Assembly: GCA_043814095.1 (NCBI GenBank) | Contig: JBDRKI010000054.1 | Coordinates: forward strand, 1 to 64,000 | Length of the DNA: 64,000 bases | Direction: 5' to 3' | DNA from: Armatimonadota bacterium | Lineage (GTDB): Bacteria; Vulcanimicrobiota; JACPDS01; JBDRKI01 | Shown here: piece after piece, positions 58,700 through 64,000 of the stretch | How positions within the stretch are numbered: the first letter of the stretch is position 1 | Layout of the letters: each line of letters starts with the position of its first letter | Made by a program: the position numbers and the translations under genes | Notes under the pieces: generated by a model | What the model saw: only the letters and a program-made list of their open reading frames with translations | Databases searched by the model: none | Told to the model about the DNA's origin: nothing

Positions 58700-59989
58700 T
58701 TATTTAGCCAGATCTGTTATTTTCTGCAAATCCTCAAAACTTATATGCGGGGATTTATACATTCTGTAAGTATTATTATGCAGAAGAGGGTCTGCATTAT
58801 CAGAAAGCATTTTATCCCCCATAAGAGTATGAGGTATTGGTGAAAACTGTGTCAGCTTTACTTTTATTTTAAACGTTTTTACAAATTCAACCGTCTTTAT
58901 AATTTCTTCATAAGTCTGTCCCGGCAGACCTGTCATTACATACACCCCTATATCTTTAGCGGAAAAGCCCGCAGATAAAAGGTTATTTACGGCTTCTTCC
59001 AGATCATTATTTGTTACTTTCCCGCCTGTCTCTTTCTGAAGAGCAGGGTTCTGTGTCTCAAGACTCAGCCGCATGGTTTTAAACCCTGATTTTTTCAAAA
59101 GATATGCAAGCTCTTTATCTATATATCTTGCATGAAGCCCGTTGGGGGTATGAAAATTTATGTCCAATCCTTTCTTAATTACACCTTCCAGTATCTTTAT
59201 AATATGATTTTCTTTATTAAAAAAAAGAGCGTCATCATAAAAAGCAATATTTTTAATACCTCTTTTATAATACGATTCCACCTCATTAATAACTTCATTG
59301 TAATCCCGCTGACAAAACTTATCATATAAAAAACTTGAAGCGCAGTAACTGCACCTAAACGGGCATCCCCTTGATGTAAGAATACAGGCATATTCTAATT
59401 CCGGATAAAGATAATACGCAGGAACAATGTCTTTGACAATATTAATGTCATGGGTATGCCCTGTTAATTTAGCAATAAGTTCAGAGAATTCTTTGAAGTT
59501 AAATTTCTTAATTACATAATCAGTACCGGAGAACTCTTTTGCATGATCATAGCAGAGAGAAGCATATATCCCCCCTAGCACAACAGGCACCCCGGGAAAG
59601 GCCTCTTTTGCAATCTTAATAACTTCAAATGCCCCTTTATACCAGTATGTCATAACTGATGTAACTAATATAACTTCAGGAGCGGAGATACTTCTTAATT
59701 CCTCTTTAAAAGCTTCTAAAGAAATACCGTACCTTTTATACTTCCTGGGTATGTCTTTATAAAGATGGGGTTTTTCTATTTCTTCATGATAATATTTGCC
59801 TGTGCCGTAGAGATCAGATTCTGTTTTGCTCTTTAAAGATATGTGGTTTCTGTCCGTACAATCAATAAAATTTATATCATATCCCGATTTTTTAAGAAAA
59901 TCGGCCGCATAAAGAAGGCCTAAAGGCTTAAGCCAGAGATCATACGCTTTAAAGTCATATATCCATGGATTTATAAGGAGAATGTTCAT
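58700..59989 (-). CDS. B12-binding radical SAM protein
   Basis: PLGL.Y, VLGG..AS, TSRGCPFRCSYC. Confidence 0.92.
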   Translation of the reverse strand: MNILLINPWIYDFKAYDLWLKPLGLLYAADFLKKSGYDINFIDCTDRNHISLKSKTESDLYGTGKYYHEEIEKPHLYKDIPRKYKRYGISLEAFKEELRSISAPEVILVTSVMTYWYKGAFEVIKIAKEAFPGVPVVLGGIYASLCYDHAKEFSGTDYVIKKFNFKEFSELIAKLTGHTHDINIVKDIVPAYYLYPELEYACILTSRGCPFRCSYCASSFLYDKFCQRDYNEVINEVESYYKRGIKNIAFYDDALFFNKENHIIKILEGVIKKGLDINFHTPNGLHARYIDKELAYLLKKSGFKTMRLSLETQNPALQKETGGKVTNNDLEEAVNNLLSAGFSAKDIGVYVMTGLPGQTYEEIIKTVEFVKTFKIKVKLTQFSPIPHTLMGDKMLSDNADPLLHNNTYRMYKSPHISFEDLQKITDLAK

Positions 59990-60037
59990 ATATTGTAAAA
60001 ATAGAAGCTTCCGCAGGATTTCATAAAAAACATAGCA

Positions 60038-60280
60038 TTATGCCACTTTATAATTTTTTCCAAACGGTTCAAAATCAGAGGTTTGCTGTCTTTCCAGTTT
60101 GGCTCTGATCTCTTCAAACTTTCTTACGACATCTTCAGAATATAAGCGTTCGCCGCAATGCATGCAAACTTCCGCCTCTGCTTTCAAAATAGCGGTATCA
60201 TTGCCGCCGCGAATTATTTTTTCAACTTCTTTTTTAATTAATTCCCCCCCGCACACAGGGCATTTTTCAAACGGCTTCAT
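60038..60280 (-). CDS. YgiT-type zinc-finger protein (antitoxin-like)
   Basis: CPVCGG, VCMHCGE; ATGA-coupled to the upstream frame. Confidence 0.85.
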   Translation of the reverse strand: MKPFEKCPVCGGELIKKEVEKIIRGGNDTAILKAEAEVCMHCGERLYSEDVVRKFEEIRAKLERQQTSDFEPFGKNYKVA

Positions 60281-60639
60281 TTTGGCTTTCTCCTTTCACA
60301 CCAATCAATCCATCTTTCCGGATCAGGTCTGTAAACAGTAATCAAAACTGCCCAACCGCTATTATTATACGCCTAAACACTGTGCACCGGATCACCATTA
60401 AATGTTTTGCCGTATATAAGACAACTGGGATAGGGTTTATCCTTTATATACTCTTCTACAATCTCCCCGTGAATAACGGAAAAGTATACTTCATTAAAAG
60501 TTATACAATCCGCCTGAGCTTCTTCATCAGCATGATCGGTAATTTTAATTTTATTTAATCTAATCGCGTTGATAATATTATCAATATTCGCGCTTTTTTC
60601 CTTAAAACCATATTTTCTCAATAATAACAAATTTTCCAT
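60277..60639 (-). pseudogene. DUF4258 toxin-like gene interrupted by an in-frame TAG
   Basis: ITDHA.EE, EIVEEY..DKPYPSCLI, HSV*AYN...LITVYRPDPERW continues in frame to TGA at 60277. Confidence 0.8.
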
Positions 60640-60658
60640 TATGTGTAAAGAAAACTTT

Positions 60659-61807
60659 TCATAACAAACTCAACTGCTGATACTTTTTTAGGTCGGCTAG
60701 TTTTTTGCCGTTGATTAATATAAATGGTTCTGCTCTTTTTATGACAGCTCCTGTCTGCTTCAATTCATCGGAAGTCGTAAATCTGTTTCTCCTGCGCAGT
60801 TTGGCTATTTTCTGAGCCGATACGGGACCTATGCCCGGTATCCTTATCAACTCTTCCATAGGCGCTTTATTTATCTCCACGGGAAACCTGTCCTGAGATT
60901 TCAACGCCCAGTTAAGTTTAGGATCAAGCTCAAGCGAAAGATTATTGCCGGCCTCAAATACCAGCTCTTTATTTGAAAAGCCGTAAAACCGCATAAGATA
61001 ATCTGCCTGATACAAGCGGTGCTCGCGGGTTAAGGGCACAAGCGGGTTGTTTTCCATAGGCGTGCCGGGCACCGGTTGAAAAGCCGAAAAATAAGTGCGC
61101 CAGAGTTTAGTTTCTTTATACAGAGCATCTGAGGCATCAAGAAGTTCTTTATCCGTCTCCTCTCCTGCCCCTACCAGAAACTGGGTTGTCTGGGACCTTG
61201 CCCTTATGCCGGGTTTGCCCAGAAAACCGCCTATGGTCTTTAATGATTTTACAAGATCTGAATCAAATTTTTTCTCAGGGGCTATCTTATCAAGATGGCT
61301 CTGGGAGCAGGATTCTAAATTAAGGGATACCCTGTTCGCGAGCCTCATTGCTTTTTCTATAAGGGAGGCTGCCGCGCCGGGCAGAACCTTTATATGAATA
61401 TACCCTTTAAATTGATACTTATACCTTATAATCTCAGCTGTCTTAACCATCTTCTCCATTGTGGGGTTAACGCCCCACGCAGCCCCTGAAGATAAAAATA
61501 ATCCGAATACTTTCCTTTTATAAAACAGATCCATAAACCCGCGGGAAAGCTCGGAAGGAGTAAAGCTTAAGCGGCGGCAGTCAGACCCTGCCCTATTAAC
61601 ACAGTACCTGCAATTATTCTCACATTCATTGCTTAAAAGAATCTTTAATATAGGCAGTATGCCGCCGTTAGGCAGAACCGCTGGATATATCCAGCGGTGT
61701 TCGGAATCTTTAAAATCCCTTTTCCTTCCTTTGTCAACACAGGACGTAAGACATACATCATACCTTGCTGATTCTCCCAGTATCTTTATCTTCTCAAATG
61801 TATCCAT
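60659..61807 (-). CDS. Putative DNA modification/repair radical SAM protein with HhH (TIGR03916-like)
   Basis: CENNCRYC, GLFLSS, YIHIK, REHRLYQADYL.RFYGF, IPGIG. Confidence 0.9.
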   Translation of the reverse strand: MDTFEKIKILGESARYDVCLTSCVDKGRKRDFKDSEHRWIYPAVLPNGGILPILKILLSNECENNCRYCVNRAGSDCRRLSFTPSELSRGFMDLFYKRKVFGLFLSSGAAWGVNPTMEKMVKTAEIIRYKYQFKGYIHIKVLPGAAASLIEKAMRLANRVSLNLESCSQSHLDKIAPEKKFDSDLVKSLKTIGGFLGKPGIRARSQTTQFLVGAGEETDKELLDASDALYKETKLWRTYFSAFQPVPGTPMENNPLVPLTREHRLYQADYLMRFYGFSNKELVFEAGNNLSLELDPKLNWALKSQDRFPVEINKAPMEELIRIPGIGPVSAQKIAKLRRRNRFTTSDELKQTGAVIKRAEPFILINGKKLADLKKYQQLSLL

Positions 61808-61977
61808 AATTATCCGCCGCTCATTTAGCATACAAAGTGAATACTTCTGTATACTTTATTCTGTATGATACACCCCATATCCTCTTTTTTCTTTAAACTT
61901 GATTAAAAACCGCCATTTATACTATAATAAAGCTGTTATAAATGCAAAAAGAATAAAGACTCTTTTTGGGGAAACTT

Positions 61978-62484
61978 ATGTTAATTAACACAAATTTAGG
62001 AACATTTACCGATCCCTTAATATCTATCGGTTCTAATAAAAAAAAAGTAATACATAAACCTATCTATAAAGAAAAAATAGGGCGTGCCAGTGTGGTTAAG
62101 TATGAAACTTCTTCCAAAGGCCAAGTCAAGATATATAAATATATAATTAAGCCCGGGAGCAGTTTAATACAAAGAAAAATACAGCTAAATATAGCTACAG
62201 ATAAAACAAATATAAAAATATTTGTTCATACTTACAAGACTCCTGAGATATCTGTTTCTGAAAGATCTCCTATATATTGCTATAGCTGTACCCTGAAAAA
62301 ATCTAATGGTAAATACATAGTTACCCAAAAACCTTATTATACCCATACCGGCAACCTACTGGATAATAATCAAAAATCGGATATGTCTAAACTATTAAAT
62401 CTTATACTTCTTTCCAAAAAAGATAAAAACAAAACACATAAAACCATATTACATATAATCAAAAAAGCGGTAGATACGCTTTAA
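61978..62484 (+). CDS. Hypothetical basic protein, very AT-rich
   Basis: Open frame with GGGGA RBS before ATG; no recognised motifs. Confidence 0.5.
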   Translation: MLINTNLGTFTDPLISIGSNKKKVIHKPIYKEKIGRASVVKYETSSKGQVKIYKYIIKPGSSLIQRKIQLNIATDKTNIKIFVHTYKTPEISVSERSPIYCYSCTLKKSNGKYIVTQKPYYTHTGNLLDNNQKSDMSKLLNLILLSKKDKNKTHKTILHIIKKAVDTL

Positions 62485-62669
62485 TAATAAAAATATAGAA
62501 TTAATTATCCTTCAGTGCTTTATCATTTCCCCATAAATATCCATTTTTCCCATAATTAAACTTCAAAAATAATGCTTCCTTAATTCGCAAAACCTTTGCA
62601 GGAAATTTATTGTCCCTGCTGAAATTTAAAAAATAGGTATTATATTTTTAGAGAAATAAAGGAGGAAAA

Positions 62670-63815
62670 ATGATTAGCACGACAAGCAACACAACAAGTA
62701 TCGTATTGAGGCTGAGAAACATGGTAGATGCAAATGAGGCGTATAAAATAGAGCTTGAAAAATGCATTACAGATGCAAACTGGACGCCCCCCTACCGCGA
62801 CACCCCTATCTCCAATCTAGACGGCTTCTATGAGTACCTGGATAAAATGCTGGTCACCACACCCGTTGATGCGACATTCAGCGACCTGTTCCACGGACTC
62901 TATTTCATTATCAGCCAGAGGGGCAATAAATTTCAGAAAGATCCAAAATTTGCCGATTTTAAAAACTGGATGATAATATACGCCCAGCAGTACGGTGCTT
63001 TCCTGAACAGCCCTCAGTCAGCCAATGACCTGCAGTCATTTATTGATGACAAGGGCTTTGTAATTGAAAATTTCATGGTTCCGCCGGGCGGCTTTAATAA
63101 TTTTAATACTTTTTTCTGCAGGCATATTAAGCCCGGCAAGCGCCCTATCGGCGCTAAGACTTTAGCCTACGAGAATGCCGCCACAGGTCTTGCCCCAAAC
63201 CCAAAGGAAGACCCAAACGAAATACACAAAAACATGGCTGACGATAAAGTAATCACAGTGCCGGCAGACAGCGTATTTAGGGGTTCGTGGAAAATAAGCG
63301 AAAAGGACACAATTACCGTATCCAAAGGCAATACCTATAAGATCGAAACATTATTAAAACACAGCAAATATGCAGACAGATTCAAAAACGGCATATTCAC
63401 CCACAGCTACCTGACGGTTTTAACTTATCACAGATACCATACGCCGGTAAGAGGCACCGTTTTGGAAACAAGTGTGCTCTCCGGAGATGTCTTTGCCAGC
63501 GTCACCAAAGACAAACAGGGACATCTGGGGGCCTCTGACGGCACCGATTACCAGTTCACACAGGAACGCGGCCTACTGGTCTTGGACTCCCCTGTGGGTC
63601 TGGTTGCCTGTCTGCCGATCGGCATGGATGTCATTTCATCCTGTAATTTCAGCGTCGACGAAGGCGACTATCTGAACAAGGGCGACGAATTCGGTAATTT
63701 CCTGTTTGGCGGTTCCGACATGATAATGCTGTTCGAACGGGACGACATCGATATACAGGTAACAGAAATAGGTAAACTGTACAAACTGGGTCAGGTGTTC
63801 GGCAGAGTCAAATAA
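62670..63815 (+). CDS. psd: Phosphatidylserine decarboxylase-family protein
   Basis: FNTFF.R..KPG.RP, PADS, YHRYH.P, KGDEFG.F.FGGS; AAGGAGG RBS. Confidence 0.85.
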   Translation: MISTTSNTTSIVLRLRNMVDANEAYKIELEKCITDANWTPPYRDTPISNLDGFYEYLDKMLVTTPVDATFSDLFHGLYFIISQRGNKFQKDPKFADFKNWMIIYAQQYGAFLNSPQSANDLQSFIDDKGFVIENFMVPPGGFNNFNTFFCRHIKPGKRPIGAKTLAYENAATGLAPNPKEDPNEIHKNMADDKVITVPADSVFRGSWKISEKDTITVSKGNTYKIETLLKHSKYADRFKNGIFTHSYLTVLTYHRYHTPVRGTVLETSVLSGDVFASVTKDKQGHLGASDGTDYQFTQERGLLVLDSPVGLVACLPIGMDVISSCNFSVDEGDYLNKGDEFGNFLFGGSDMIMLFERDDIDIQVTEIGKLYKLGQVFGRVK

Positions 63816-63842
63816 ATAAAAATCAGTTTGAGTATTTTTTAT

Positions 63843-63888
63843 AAACCTTGCAACTTATGGGACAATCCATAAGTTGCAAGGTTTTTTT
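63843..63888 (+). terminator. Intrinsic terminator
   Basis: AAACCTTGCAACTTATGG-N6-CCATAAGTTGCAAGGTTT plus T-run. Confidence 0.85.
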
Positions 63889-63952
63889 ATTTTTTCAGAT
63901 AAGCTTTTACCTGTTTTTATTATAATTTCTTTATATCGCAAAATCAAAGCCG

Positions 63953-64000
63953 CTACTGCACTTTAAATCCCGAGAAAAGCGCCTGAGCGATTATACCCGC
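63953..64000 (-). CDS. Possible 3' end of a convergent gene running off the window
   Basis: Frame AGIIAQALFSGFKVQ* ends near the terminator. Confidence 0.3.
   Translation of the reverse strand, partial: AGIIAQALFSGFKVQ

Noticed and set aside
60373-60375. TAG recoding (pyrrolysine or alternative genetic code)
   Set aside because: TAG terminates several intact genes here (e.g. flhA, fliP, fliN) and no pyl genes are seen.

Overview
Low-GC bacterial chromosome segment, probably from an anaerobic or microaerophilic diderm (rubrerythrin, flavodiiron protein and SOR genes; an outer-membrane barrel ending in Phe). The taxon cannot be fixed from this window. The left third holds a compact flagellar-type (type III) export/basal-body cluster in Firmicutes-like order: flgB-flgC-fliE-F-G-H-I-J-[lytic transglycosylase]-fliK-flgG/E-fliM-N-O-P-Q-R-flhB-flhA. 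The motility genes usually embedded in it (flgD, motAB, fliL, cheY, flhF/G, fliA) are absent from the window. FliG has lost most stator-contact charges and FliM lacks the CheY-P binding peptide. A 4 x 11-bp TGTTAACA direct-repeat operator precedes flgB, flgG/E, a signal-peptide-less Zn metalloprotease/EF-hand transglutaminase-like unit, and a pair of ~80-aa helical proteins. Together this suggests a non-motile, flagellum-derived protein secretion system with its own filament subunits and effectors. The rest of the window contains an M16 peptidase pair, a type IV minor-pilin set flanked by beta-propeller proteins, mnmA, a PerR-type oxidative-stress operon (intein-containing iscU, two rubredoxins missed by the ORF track), a P-type ATPase, three nested Ig-module surface proteins ending in a beta-barrel, a GAF histidine kinase, DUF763, two radical SAM genes, a broken DUF4258/YgiT toxin-antitoxin pair and a phosphatidylserine decarboxylase-like gene. 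No rRNA, tRNA, CRISPR array or IS element was seen. All family calls are from motif recognition by eye, not database searches.
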